A stretch of DNA of 64,000 bases, taken from an uncultured virus (IMG/VR IMGVR_UViG_3300050015_000917). Taxonomy: Duplodnaviria; Heunggongvirae; Uroviricota; Caudoviricetes. The notes below the pieces were generated by a model. The model ran no database searches and had not been told where the DNA came from. It saw nothing but the letters and a program-made list of their open reading frames with translations. Shown piece after piece: positions 1-10,328 of this stretch (the first letter of the stretch is position 1; every line of letters starts with the position of its first letter). The translations under genes and the position numbers were made by a program. Location of the stretch: IMG/VR virus record IMGVR_UViG_3300050015_000917, positions 1 through 64,000 of that record; one strand, 5' to 3'.

Positions 1-2331
1 AATTGTTCCGTTTGCTGCAAAATCCCCTATAATTCCAACACCCCCATTTATTAGGCCTCCCGTAAGTGGTAAATAATTTGCTGCTTTTGCAAATCCAGCT
101 AATCCAATAGAAGCATTAGTTGCATATGGGAGTAATGATGTAGTAACATATAATGGGGTTGCATAATTTCCTAAAGGCTGCTTATTAGCATTTAGCCAAG
201 CAATTGAAACATCCCTTGCTGCCAGCTGAGCTGTTGTAACATCCCCTCCACCCCCTCCAGCAACGCTAACATCTAATATACCTACCGAGGTTTTTCCCCA
301 TATAAATTGTGTGTGATTAAGAGATGTGTCTGGAATATACAAAGATTTAATAGAATTATCTGCAACATCAACATAAGCTGTAGTAGCCCCTCCGATTTTT
401 GAATACAAATCTGTGATGGATGCATCTCTTATAAATAATGAACCATCAACATAAAGTTTCGTAACATCACTTGTCCCACCACCTCCACTTATATTGGTAC
501 TTCCATTAAAGGTTATATTATTCGATGTATCAATTGTAATTGCAGGAATCAAATTTCCTGTATAAAATGCCATTTCTCTAAAAATTGTAGAGCTACCAAG
601 GTTTAAAGGAGATCCCCAACTAAGAAGAGAATTTCCGCTTGCATCTTTAATGGCTTTTTCAATATAAATATCTTTTACTTTTAAGGATGCATCTATTTGA
701 ACTGGCCATTCAGGAGCATTATTAAAAAATCCTATATTACCATTTTTCATATAGATTGAAGAATCTACTAATGGATCATCTCCGGCAGAGAATAATGCAA
801 TTGTATTTTCTGTTCCTTGTATATCTTTAGAAATATCATTTACAACAAATTCAAGTTGATTGAGTTCATTTTGCATTTGAGTTTGAGCATTTTGAACTTG
901 AGTATATTGTCCGGAAATATAATTAATAACACTATTATTTTGAGTTAAAATATTAACGGCTTTTCCTAATTCATAGAATGCTTGACTCCAGTCCGCACCA
1001 GCTAATTGATCTGAAGTAGCTGCATCTACAATAATAGCAGCGGTATCATCCACCATATTATCGCTCTTAATATTAAGACGCAAATTATATGATGTTCCAA
1101 ATCCACTAGGTCCACTTTGAATTTTTTCAAGAGAAGGAAGAAGAATTCCAAGAGCTCCATCCCCAATTACTTGAGTATTTCCTGAAGGAGCATCTAAGAA
1201 TAAAATTCCTAATAAGTTTGTTGCAAGAATAGTATCTTGAACAGAATTATAAATGGAATAATAAATCATTACCGCATTAAATTCAAAGGTGTCATTTACA
1301 ACTAAATTCGAATCAGATGCTAATTTATCAAAAGTTAAAGTTGAATCTCCATAAATGGTTTGAAGTTTCTTTATATCTAAAACAAGTCCTAGACAATCTA
1401 CGTTAGAACGTTTAAATTCAATATTATCTCCACCACTTTGATATTTTATAGAAGCATCATAATCTCCAGATAAAATATAAGCAGAAGTATCTGTTAAATA
1501 AGTATTTTCATTAGCTGGAGTTATTCCTTCGGCTGTATACCATCCTCCTGGGTTACCATTGACCGTCATATTATATGACCCCAAATCCCAAACTTTTGTA
1601 GAACTATCAACATAATCGTAATAACCCGAAAAGCTTAATCCATCAGGATGAGGTTTTGTCCATCCATCTCTTCCTAGAATATTTTCTCCAAGATCCCCAA
1701 TTTGCATCCCGTGTTTGTAGTTGGTATCTTCAATTTGTTCAAAGTAAGGTTCCATTTGACCATGAGAGGTAGGAACAAGAATATAAGTTTCATTATAAGT
1801 TCCAAAAGAATCTTGTCTAACATTTCCTGCACTTACTAATCCAAAATATTTTACAACAGTATTATACCCTATATCTCCATCAGCATCTTCAGTTTCCATC
1901 CAATATCCATTTGATGGATTTGCCCATCTAATTGCCCCGGTTTCTTTCATCCATTTCCAAAATACTCTTTCAGAAACAGTTCTTGATAATGCTGAATCGT
2001 AACTACTTTGATTAAGAAGATTAGCTTCAAGATTAAGAGCATAATTCTGAAAACTTTCAGCAACAATTACTCTACCGTCTTTTATTGATCCCCCTGTTTT
2101 CCAATATTCAAAAGCACCAGGAATAGCAAGAACATTAAAACGATTCTCCGAAATATTATCGGGTTCATTGATCTTAGGTATATTAAGAAGAGCAAAATGA
2201 GAAATCTTGACGACATTATTTCTTTCATTGATATTTAAACCAATGTCCTCAACGGCAGAACTAAATGTGTAAATAGTTCCTCCGGTGGTTCTCATTCTCT
2301 TGACGAATGGTGTAATTCGATTATTAGACAT
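1..2331 (-). CDS. Large virion/tail structural protein, 3'-truncated by the window edge (absent from the ORF track)
   Basis: ATG at 2331 gives MSNNRITPFVKRMRTTGGTIYTFSSAVEDIG. The frame was open in the segments I translated (2331-2170, 1020-901, 120-1). Near the window edge it reads TNASIGLAGFAKAANYLPLTGG, sharing the ATNAS repeat of 5841..8840. Confidence 0.8.
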   Translation of the reverse strand, partial: MSNNRITPFVKRMRTTGGTIYTFSSAVEDIGLNINERNNVVKISHFALLNIPKINEPDNISENRFNVLAIPGAFEYWKTGGSIKDGRVIVAESFQNYALNLEANLLNQSSYDSALSRTVSERVFWKWMKETGAIRWANPSNGYWMETEDADGDIGYNTVVKYFGLVSAGNVRQDSFGTYNETYILVPTSHGQMEPYFEQIEDTNYKHGMQIGDLGENILGRDGWTKPHPDGLSFSGYYDYVDSSTKVWDLGSYNMTVNGNPGGWYTAEGITPANENTYLTDTSAYILSGDYDASIKYQSGGDNIEFKRSNVDCLGLVLDIKKLQTIYGDSTLTFDKLASDSNLVVNDTFEFNAVMIYYSIYNSVQDTILATNLLGILFLDAPSGNTQVIGDGALGILLPSLEKIQSGPSGFGTSYNLRLNIKSDNMVDDTAAIIVDAATSDQLAGADWSQAFYELGKAVNILTQNNSVINYISGQYTQVQNAQTQMQNELNQLEFVVNDISKDIQGTENTIALFSAGDDPLVDSSIYMKNGNIGFFNNAPEWPVQIDASLKVKDIYIEKAIKDASGNSLLSWGSPLNLGSSTIFREMAFYTGNLIPAITIDTSNNITFNGSTNISGGGGTSDVTKLYVDGSLFIRDASITDLYSKIGGATTAYVDVADNSIKSLYIPDTSLNHTQFIWGKTSVGILDVSVAGGGGGDVTTAQLAARDVSIAWLNANKQPLGNYATPLYVTTSLLPYATNASIGLAGFAKAANYLPLTGGLINGGVGIIGDFAANGTI

Positions 2332-2375
2332 ATTAGATAATTGTTTTTTTTATATATTCTGAATATTAAAATACC

Positions 2376-4505
2376 TTAAAAAATAGTTGTTAAATGTCTA
2401 GTTGTTGGTCCTCCTGAAGTAGAACTTATAATAGATCCATCATTGGTTCCTATTCTATCGGTCCATCCAGCATTTGTATTTCCGGTAGGATAGCCTTTCC
2501 ATTTTCCCGTTCTTGTGAATCGTAAATTCCAAAGAGTGGCTTTATTTAATATATTGGTATATGTTGTGCCATTATTGGTTATTGCTCCAAGAATAAAATA
2601 TGGATATTTTCCTGTTGTTACATGACCATGACCGCCAACATCCCATGTAAAAGTTTGGATAACCCCATTTATTTTAACTGCATCGAGTCTTCTTGTTGTA
2701 GGACCGGGGCTATGAAATATTTCTACAAATAAATTTTGACCATAAAGATTATCATCATATATGTTCAAAAATCCATTTGATGAAACATCAGTTGAGCCAA
2801 ATTCTATACTAAAAATGCTTCCATCTAGCATTATAGAAAAATTATTTTCGCATTCCTTTGTTGATGAACATGCATATATTAAACGTTTTGGGAAATAATT
2901 AGTTCCATATCTCGAAACATCTAAATGCATGCTAAAACTTATAGGAGAACCCCATGTTGAAACATTAGCTGTATTGTTAAATATTACATAAGTAGAACCA
3001 TCAAAATTAAGAGCATCAATAGAAGAATCCATTGGTTCTGGGTTAATAGTTATCGAAGCATTATATATTGTACTTCCATCAAATATATTTTGAATTTTAC
3101 ATAAATTTCTATTATCCAAACCATCTGTAGGCCATGCATTACCAGTTCCATCAAAACTACATATAAGATTAGCAATAGGAGCACTAGCGTCATATAAAGT
3201 ATGCAATTTTGCTAATGCAGCATCGATGGATGTAATGTTTAAAGAACAGTTCATAGCACTGAAGTATGAAAACTGTCTATTTAAAGTAGCTGGTAATGTA
3301 AGTCCTGTAAGCTTTGGATTATCATTTATAGAAAGATACCCTCCTAATCCAGTAAGCCCAGAAACATCTAAAATTCCGGTAAGATTACAGTTATATGCAG
3401 AATAATCTAATATTTGTGATGAATTTGGGTTAATTATATAATTAAGAGATGGATTATAGCTAACTTCGAAATACCCTCCTAATCCAGTAAGTCCAGATAT
3501 ATTTAAAGTTCCAGTAAGATTACAATTGTTTGCGTAATATGCGTTAAACGCTTGCGATGAATTTGGATTAAGTATCTGAGTAAGATTATGATTATTGTAT
3601 ACTCCAAAATATCCTCCTAAACCAATAAGTCCAGATACATCTAAAGTTTCAGTGAGATTGCAATTGGCTGCAGAATAACTTGAAAATATTTGAGATGAAT
3701 CTGGATTAAGTATCCGAGTAAGATTTGAATTACTATATACCATAAAATCCCCTCCTAATCCAGTAAGTCCTGACACATCTAATGTTCCATTTAAACTACA
3801 ATCATATGCATAATATGAATAAAATCGTGTCGAACTAGTTGGATTAAGGATATGAGTAAGATTTGGATTATTATGTACCTGAAAAACCCCACCTAATCCA
3901 GTAAGTCCTGACACATCTAATGTTCCGGTGAGATCGCAATTATATGCAATATATCCAACAACTTCTTGCGATGAAACAGAATTAAGTATTTGAGTAAGAT
4001 GCGGATTATTATTTACTTCAAAATCCACTAATCCTGTAAGTCCAGAAACGTCTAAGGTTCCAGTTAAGTCACAATACCAGCCATAATATTCATTAATTTG
4101 TGCCGAACTAGTTGGATTAAGAATTTTAGTAAGATTTGAATTGCCATTTACATAAAAAGACCCGCCCAATCCTGACAATCCTGACACGTCTAATGTTCCA
4201 TTTAAACTACAATCATAAGCTATCCATGCTGTAATTGCAGCAGAAGATACAGGACTTATAATTTTCGTTAATTTTTTATTAGTATTTACATCAAAATTAG
4301 TTAAACTTGTAAATGAACTAATATCTATAGTTCCAATTAGATCATCAGAACTCATATTAATCAGCGTAACATTTCCTGCTGAAACTGTTGTTCCTTGTTT
4401 TACAACAATATTTTTAGTTCCCGCAGATGAATATGTGTGAATAGGTGAGTTTGAATTTACATTATTAGAGGAATCCCCTAGATCCCAGTTTAATATTCCT
4501 GGCAT
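2376..4505 (-). CDS. LRR-repeat putative receptor-binding/tail-associated protein with N-terminal PKD-like and C-terminal LamG-like regions
   Basis: About 8 copies of a ~46-aa unit LxGTLDVSGLTGLGGxFxVxNNxNLTxILNPxSS. N-terminal WDLGD..HTY (PKD-like) and C-terminal ALNFDG (LamG-like). Confidence 0.7.
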   Translation of the reverse strand: MPGILNWDLGDSSNNVNSNSPIHTYSSAGTKNIVVKQGTTVSAGNVTLINMSSDDLIGTIDISSFTSLTNFDVNTNKKLTKIISPVSSAAITAWIAYDCSLNGTLDVSGLSGLGGSFYVNGNSNLTKILNPTSSAQINEYYGWYCDLTGTLDVSGLTGLVDFEVNNNPHLTQILNSVSSQEVVGYIAYNCDLTGTLDVSGLTGLGGVFQVHNNPNLTHILNPTSSTRFYSYYAYDCSLNGTLDVSGLTGLGGDFMVYSNSNLTRILNPDSSQIFSSYSAANCNLTETLDVSGLIGLGGYFGVYNNHNLTQILNPNSSQAFNAYYANNCNLTGTLNISGLTGLGGYFEVSYNPSLNYIINPNSSQILDYSAYNCNLTGILDVSGLTGLGGYLSINDNPKLTGLTLPATLNRQFSYFSAMNCSLNITSIDAALAKLHTLYDASAPIANLICSFDGTGNAWPTDGLDNRNLCKIQNIFDGSTIYNASITINPEPMDSSIDALNFDGSTYVIFNNTANVSTWGSPISFSMHLDVSRYGTNYFPKRLIYACSSTKECENNFSIMLDGSIFSIEFGSTDVSSNGFLNIYDDNLYGQNLFVEIFHSPGPTTRRLDAVKINGVIQTFTWDVGGHGHVTTGKYPYFILGAITNNGTTYTNILNKATLWNLRFTRTGKWKGYPTGNTNAGWTDRIGTNDGSIISSTSGGPTTRHLTTIF

Positions 4506-5530
4506 ATATTTTTTATTTTATTTTTAAGTAATAGTAAATACTGGATCAAATGTGTTTGTTGAAGCTTCTGTTGAGAAGATCATATATGTACTTGATACTG
4601 GAGGAACATAAGGCGGATAATTAATACTTATGTCTGCAACTTTTCCTGCTGTGGCAAATGCACTTTTGATACCCAAATAGTCTACATTAGAACTTCCATC
4701 TGCTGGCCATGCATTTCCTGTTCCATCAAAATTTCCTATAAGATTAGCAATTGGAGCACTGGCATCAAATAAATTGTGTAATTTTAATAATGCAGCATCT
4801 ATAGACGCAGTATTTAAAGAACAGTTTTTAGCATTAAATGTTGTAAATTGTTGTGTTAAAGTAGTAGGTAAAATAAGTTCTGTAAGATTGTTATTATTTT
4901 GAATTTGAAAATTTCCTCCTAATCCAGTAAGCCCAGATATATCTAAAGTTCCATTTAAACTACAATTTTGAGCAAAATATATTGTAAATGCTTCTGATGA
5001 AACCGGGTTCTTTATCTGAGTAAGATTTTGATTATTATTTACATTAAAAATTCCCCCTAATCCTGTAAGCCCTGATACATCTAAAGTTCCGGTAAGATTG
5101 CATACATCTGCGTAATATCCAGTAAATATTTGTGATGAAATAGGATTTAAAATTTGAGTAAGATTTGGATTATTATCTACATAAAAAATACCTCCTAAAC
5201 CTGTAAGTCCTGACACATTTAAAGTTCCAGAGAGATCACAGTTATATGCATAATAACCCGTAAATGCTTGTGATGAATCCGGATTAAGTATTTGGGTAAG
5301 CTTTGGATTATCATATACTTGAAAATCCCCGCCTAATCCCGATAATCCGGAAACATTTAAAATCCCAGTGAGATCACATTGTGATGCATAATATCCCGTA
5401 AACACTTGTGATGATGTTGGATTAATTATTCTAGTAAGACTAGGATTATCCCAAACTAAAAAATCCCCCCCTAATTCGGTAAGTCCAGATATATCTAAAG
5501 TTCCAACTAAATTATCCTGGTACATATTGA
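2930..5530 (-). repeat. Intragenic ~138-bp tandem repeats encoding the LRR units, plus a duplicated cap region
   Basis: Recurrent CCTAATCC(A/T)GTAAG(T/C)CC..CATCTAA.GTTCC on the plus strand at ~138-bp spacing. Confidence 0.8.
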
Positions 5531-5825
5531 CACTTGTAATAGATGAAGCCCCTGCAGTTGTCCCTGCAAATACTTTTATAAGTTTATTTCCTGTTGTGGT
5601 ATATGTATGAATAAAACTATTTGCATTAACATTATTAGATCCATCTCCCAAATTCCAATTTAAGGTTCCAGCATTAACTATAAATTCAGGGTCAAATGCT
5701 AATGTTGAAGCATTTGTATAAAAATTAAGAAATCCTAAAATAGGAGGTATAGGAATTTCGTACACTAACGGAAATGTATTAAATATAAGAGGAGCATTAT
5801 TTCTCGTTAATATTTGTTTACTCAT
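4524..5825 (-). CDS. LRR-repeat tail-associated protein, paralogue of 2376..4505
   Basis: Five copies of the same 46-aa unit and the same cap (SIDAALxKLHxLxDASAPIANL..FDGTGNAWP). Confidence 0.7.
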   Translation of the reverse strand: MSKQILTRNNAPLIFNTFPLVYEIPIPPILGFLNFYTNASTLAFDPEFIVNAGTLNWNLGDGSNNVNANSFIHTYTTTGNKLIKVFAGTTAGASSITSVNMYQDNLVGTLDISGLTELGGDFLVWDNPSLTRIINPTSSQVFTGYYASQCDLTGILNVSGLSGLGGDFQVYDNPKLTQILNPDSSQAFTGYYAYNCDLSGTLNVSGLTGLGGIFYVDNNPNLTQILNPISSQIFTGYYADVCNLTGTLDVSGLTGLGGIFNVNNNQNLTQIKNPVSSEAFTIYFAQNCSLNGTLDISGLTGLGGNFQIQNNNNLTELILPTTLTQQFTTFNAKNCSLNTASIDAALLKLHNLFDASAPIANLIGNFDGTGNAWPADGSSNVDYLGIKSAFATAGKVADISINYPPYVPPVSSTYMIFSTEASTNTFDPVFTIT

Positions 5826-5840
5826 ATTTTATTTTATATT

Positions 5841-8840
5841 TTAAAATACCCCGGCGTCTAATAATAATCTACCCCATTTATTAGTAGCTGTACAGATATA
5901 GAAATACGAAGCATCAAATGCCATATCTCCTAAAGATCCATCCCCTGTTGAAGTTTTTGCCCCCAGTGTTGCTTTTTCTTGGAAATAAAGCTCAGCGTCT
6001 AATCCTATAACGTTTTTCCATTTTGCTGTTGAACTATCATATTGTAATAAGGATTTATCTACAATAGAAATAATTGAAACATCAGTTAATGTTGCTAAAG
6101 TTCCTGCCCCTGTTGCTACAGAAACATCTAATATCCCAGCAACCCAATATAAACCAGTTCCAGTAGATGTACTAAGTACAAATTTTGATAAAGCAGTTCC
6201 TACTGAAGAGTTTGTAGCATATGGTGCTAGAGATAATCCTACACTCGCATTTGTAGCGAAAGGAGTAATTGCAGTTCCTACTGAAACATTTGTAGCATAT
6301 AAATTAAATGAAGCATTCTTAGCAAATGCTGCTATTCCTATAGAAGCATTTGTTACAAATCCAGCAAGTCCTACCGAAGCATTAGTTGCAAATCCAGATA
6401 TAGAACCATCAACATAAGCTCTGGTTACATCTCCTATAACTGAAACATCCAAAAGTCCGGCATTCCAGAAAAGACCAGTTCCTGTAGAAACACTTCTTAT
6501 AAAATCTGAATTATATAAATCATCAATTCTACCATTTATATTATATAAGGAGCCGTCTACATACTCATGGAAATATTCTGTTGTAATTTCCCCAGCAGTT
6601 TGTAACATTAACCAATCTATAGAGGAATCTTGTGTAGTATTTTTGTTTTGCAAAGAAGTAATTTGACTTTGCTGTGTCGCATTAGATCCTATTATGAGAG
6701 CAATAGTAGCATCTTGAGTTAATTGCCAATTCCAAAGAAAATTAAGTGATGAATTTTTTATAAATCCAGCAGCGTTTACGGAAGCATTTGTTGCATAATC
6801 CCCCATAGATGCTTCTAGTAAACCTAAAGACACTTCTGCTATATTATATCTAATTGTTAAAAGATCAAGAGAAGTGTCTGTTGAAAATAAGTTATTGAAT
6901 AATAAAATTATAGAACTATCCCTTGTAGCTAAAGAACCATCTACATAAATAAAATTTACATTACCCGTTGAACTTTCTAAAGTAGTTATCCTATTATCAA
7001 TGGAATTAATTTGAAGTTGCTGAAGGGCTAAAGATCCGTCAACATAAACTTGAGTTATATAATTTAGTAATTCTGTTTGTACTTGAGCAGATGTCCAATA
7101 ATTATAAAGTGCAGTACTAACATCTAGATTAGTTGCAAAATTATCATCTACATATACTATAGTTGCATAAGGAGTTAAATAGTTAGCTAATTCAGCTGGC
7201 CCTAATTTATTAGCAAAAAGCCAAATAATAGAGGAATCTATTGTCAATAACGATCCGTCAACATAGGCAAATGAAGGCCCTGTTCCGCCAACAATACTAA
7301 CATCTAAGATTCCTCCGGCCCAAGCTAAGGTTATTCCCGTTGAAGCAGATCTTATAAATTGGGTTAAAGCATTATTTACAGAAACATTTGTTGTGAATCC
7401 TGCTATATTAACAGATGCATTAGTTGCGAATCCGGCTAAACCTATTGAGACATTTGTAGCAAACGGGATAATTGCTAGTCCAACACTTGCATTTGTTGCA
7501 TAAGTATTTAATGCAGCATTGGTAAGCGTATTATTGTAAAGCCATGTTATTGAGGAATCCCTTAAAGATAATGATCCATCAAGATAGATTTGTTTTGCAA
7601 ATCCAGCAAGCCCTATGGAAGCGTTAGTTGCAAATCCTGCAGTATTTATGGAAGCGTTAGTTGCAAATGAATTTAAAGCTATTCCTATAGAAGCATTGGT
7701 AACATAAAGTCCAAAAGAAGCATTTTTAGCAAAAGCAGCAGTTCCTATAGAAGAGTTAGTTGCATAAAGTCCTAAAGATGCATTATTAGCTTTAAGTGCT
7801 AAAGAAGGATCTACATAAGCTTTCATTTGGGATTCTGTAATTCCAACTAAATTAACGGATACATCTAAAATTCCTCCAACCCACACAAGAGAAGTTCCTG
7901 TTGATGCACTTTTTATAAATTGAGTCAATGCAGTATTTACAGAAGCATTTGTTGCAAATGGATCTGTATATGCTAAATTTACAGCATCAGTAGAATTTGT
8001 AGGAGTTGCTACTCCAGTAATTTTTTTATTTGTTAAAGTAATTATTCCATCTACATTTATCTCTAAAGTATTAAGGGTGGTTCCCCCAGTTATTTCAAGC
8101 GGGGAATTAGTAATTGATGTTCCCGAATTAAAGAGAGGTATAAATCCTGCTGTTCCAGAACCGCCTATTCCACCACCGGTACTTCCACCGCCTGTTCCTA
8201 CAACAGGAAGTCCATGCTTGTATTGTGCCCATGTTGTTCCATAAGATGGATCATAAGTTGTAGCAATAAATTCGACATAAAATCCAGTTCCCATTGAAGG
8301 ATCCCCGGCATCTGAAGGATTTGCTACAAAATTTGCTCCTGTAATAGGATTAATTATTACCTTAAATTGATTAGTTGGGCTAACCAATGAAGGATCTAAA
8401 AATATTCCAATAACTTGAGATAAATTGCTATTAACAAAAACATAAGGGTCAAGACTATTTTGAATTTTATAATATGGTTTATTAACGTCCACATAGCTAA
8501 TGTTATCATATTCATGAGGCCAAAAAGTAACTGCTGTACAAGGATCTCTTGGTGCAACTGCTGGATCAATATAAAGTTTATAGAAATTATAATCAGCAGT
8601 TGTATTATTATCAAATAAATTTGTAAATTGATTTTTAACAATAAGATTATCCACAACAACAGTTACGAATTCTCCTTTAGCCCCTTTTATTCTTCCTGTG
8701 GTAGTTAAAGGTTTTGTCAAAATACCAAGACTTCCATCATAGAAAACATCAACATATCTACTAACAGATGCGAAGTTTCCATTAATTATTTTAGGATATT
8801 CAGGGATAAAAGTATCCAAATAAAGTTGAGTTAAATTCAT
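5841..8840 (-). CDS. Tail fibre-like protein with ATNAS repeats and coiled-coil segments
   Basis: About 19 (F/Y)ATN(A/V/S)S(I/V)G-type repeats, repeated STGxxLxWxxGILDVS and YVDGSL motifs, KKITGVATPTNSTDAVN neck-like motif, and C-terminal GDMAFDASYFYICTATNKWGR. Confidence 0.7.
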   Translation of the reverse strand: MNLTQLYLDTFIPEYPKIINGNFASVSRYVDVFYDGSLGILTKPLTTTGRIKGAKGEFVTVVVDNLIVKNQFTNLFDNNTTADYNFYKLYIDPAVAPRDPCTAVTFWPHEYDNISYVDVNKPYYKIQNSLDPYVFVNSNLSQVIGIFLDPSLVSPTNQFKVIINPITGANFVANPSDAGDPSMGTGFYVEFIATTYDPSYGTTWAQYKHGLPVVGTGGGSTGGGIGGSGTAGFIPLFNSGTSITNSPLEITGGTTLNTLEINVDGIITLTNKKITGVATPTNSTDAVNLAYTDPFATNASVNTALTQFIKSASTGTSLVWVGGILDVSVNLVGITESQMKAYVDPSLALKANNASLGLYATNSSIGTAAFAKNASFGLYVTNASIGIALNSFATNASINTAGFATNASIGLAGFAKQIYLDGSLSLRDSSITWLYNNTLTNAALNTYATNASVGLAIIPFATNVSIGLAGFATNASVNIAGFTTNVSVNNALTQFIRSASTGITLAWAGGILDVSIVGGTGPSFAYVDGSLLTIDSSIIWLFANKLGPAELANYLTPYATIVYVDDNFATNLDVSTALYNYWTSAQVQTELLNYITQVYVDGSLALQQLQINSIDNRITTLESSTGNVNFIYVDGSLATRDSSIILLFNNLFSTDTSLDLLTIRYNIAEVSLGLLEASMGDYATNASVNAAGFIKNSSLNFLWNWQLTQDATIALIIGSNATQQSQITSLQNKNTTQDSSIDWLMLQTAGEITTEYFHEYVDGSLYNINGRIDDLYNSDFIRSVSTGTGLFWNAGLLDVSVIGDVTRAYVDGSISGFATNASVGLAGFVTNASIGIAAFAKNASFNLYATNVSVGTAITPFATNASVGLSLAPYATNSSVGTALSKFVLSTSTGTGLYWVAGILDVSVATGAGTLATLTDVSIISIVDKSLLQYDSSTAKWKNVIGLDAELYFQEKATLGAKTSTGDGSLGDMAFDASYFYICTATNKWGRLLLDAGVF

Positions 8841-8854
8841 ATTATATTTTTATT

Positions 8855-10219
8855 TTATACTAAATTAACATTTTTTAATTTCATCATTGGGGCTTGATAA
8901 GTACTAGTAGTGTATAAAAAAGCATTACCCATATAGATAGTACTTCCATCAACTAACATACACTGTCCTTGACCATCGTGTCCTCCTGCCCAAGTATATC
9001 CTGGTGAACCCGGGACATTTTGCCAATTCATAGGAGCAATAAAGATTGGTCCTTTTGAATTAATTGACCATACTTGTGTATTTTCATCAAAATCAAGCAA
9101 TGCATGTGCTCTATCTCCATATCCTACGCCAGCTTTGTAATCATAAGTTTCTGTACCAAATAAGCCAAATACCTTTCCATTTATTTTATGAATAGTTGGC
9201 TGTTCAGTTGATAGATCCCAACAAACTCCAGCTGGCGAATGAACTGGATCAGCTGCATAAACAATCATTTGATAATCAGTATATGGCCCACCAATGCCTG
9301 CCGTAGATTTAGCTGCTTTGATATTTCTATAAGGAAGTGAGGTTGATATATCCTCATATAACATATGCCATTCGCTACCTATTTGAACGATACCTCCAGG
9401 AAGCGAATTATCTTTTATCATTCCAGTCATAGATAGGTTGGAAACATCTTTATCAAAAAATAAAATTCTTGATTCTGCTTTACCAGTATCGCTATTAACA
9501 TATTGAAGTGTAGTAAAGTAGCTACTATCAATTTGCCCTATATCTCCTGCTGCATAAACACTCAAACAATTTGCACCCAGCTGTGCTTTTGTAATCCAAG
9601 GACCTCCATTATTTTGAATTGTCCAATTTATCATGTCTAGAGATGCTGCTAATCCTATTTGATTATTAACGCCTGTTTGATATCCGTAAAATAGCCATTT
9701 ATAAGTACTGCCATCTTTGAACATACCAGAACCTCCTGTATAGGTTCCTCCCCAGCCGTTTAAATCTGTATATTTAATAGAGCCTTTAATTAGCTGATTT
9801 CCCATAAACTCATAATTAAGAAAAGGATTATATAAAGCAACTTTTGTGCCAACTGGAAAACGAGTAGAACTATCTGCAATAATCACGTTTTTTGCAATGG
9901 TATTTATTGACGTGCAAAAAACCGGATATTCCAAAAGCCCAGTTGTTGTTGCAACTACAACCCAAGAAGATGGATCATTAAATTCAGAATATGCAGGTAG
10001 ATTTCCTATATTTAAAACCCATGCTCCAGCTCCTCCGGTAATACTATCTACATTCAAATTTGTAGAAAGTGCATTACCTATAGCATTATCCATTTCCTGA
10101 TTACGAATAACAGATAATTTAAATGATAAATCATATGACGCTATAGGTACAGGTACCTCATAAAAACAATATTCATTTTTACGCTGAATAAATTTTCCAT
10201 TATGAGTTAGATATTGCAT
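8855..10219 (-). CDS. Putative glycoside-hydrolase-like five-bladed beta-propeller protein (tail-associated)
   Basis: Blade-like motifs YKWLFYG..QIGLAASLDMINW and WHMLYE..IKAAKS..GPY; first gene of the fibre operon. Confidence 0.5.
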   Translation of the reverse strand: MQYLTHNGKFIQRKNEYCFYEVPVPIASYDLSFKLSVIRNQEMDNAIGNALSTNLNVDSITGGAGAWVLNIGNLPAYSEFNDPSSWVVVATTTGLLEYPVFCTSINTIAKNVIIADSSTRFPVGTKVALYNPFLNYEFMGNQLIKGSIKYTDLNGWGGTYTGGSGMFKDGSTYKWLFYGYQTGVNNQIGLAASLDMINWTIQNNGGPWITKAQLGANCLSVYAAGDIGQIDSSYFTTLQYVNSDTGKAESRILFFDKDVSNLSMTGMIKDNSLPGGIVQIGSEWHMLYEDISTSLPYRNIKAAKSTAGIGGPYTDYQMIVYAADPVHSPAGVCWDLSTEQPTIHKINGKVFGLFGTETYDYKAGVGYGDRAHALLDFDENTQVWSINSKGPIFIAPMNWQNVPGSPGYTWAGGHDGQGQCMLVDGSTIYMGNAFLYTTSTYQAPMMKLKNVNLV

Positions 10220-10328
10220 AATTTTATAGATAAAAAGTTTTATTTTATATATCCGCCGGGATTGAAAAGATAGAAAAGTTCCTATAATATATAACCTATA
10301 GTGTCAAACCTTTTTAAACCTAAAATAA

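Noticed and set aside
2376..5825. Diversity-generating retroelement acting on the LRR genes
   Set aside because: No reverse transcriptase in the window and no non-coding template repeat seen; the repeats are coding and tandem.
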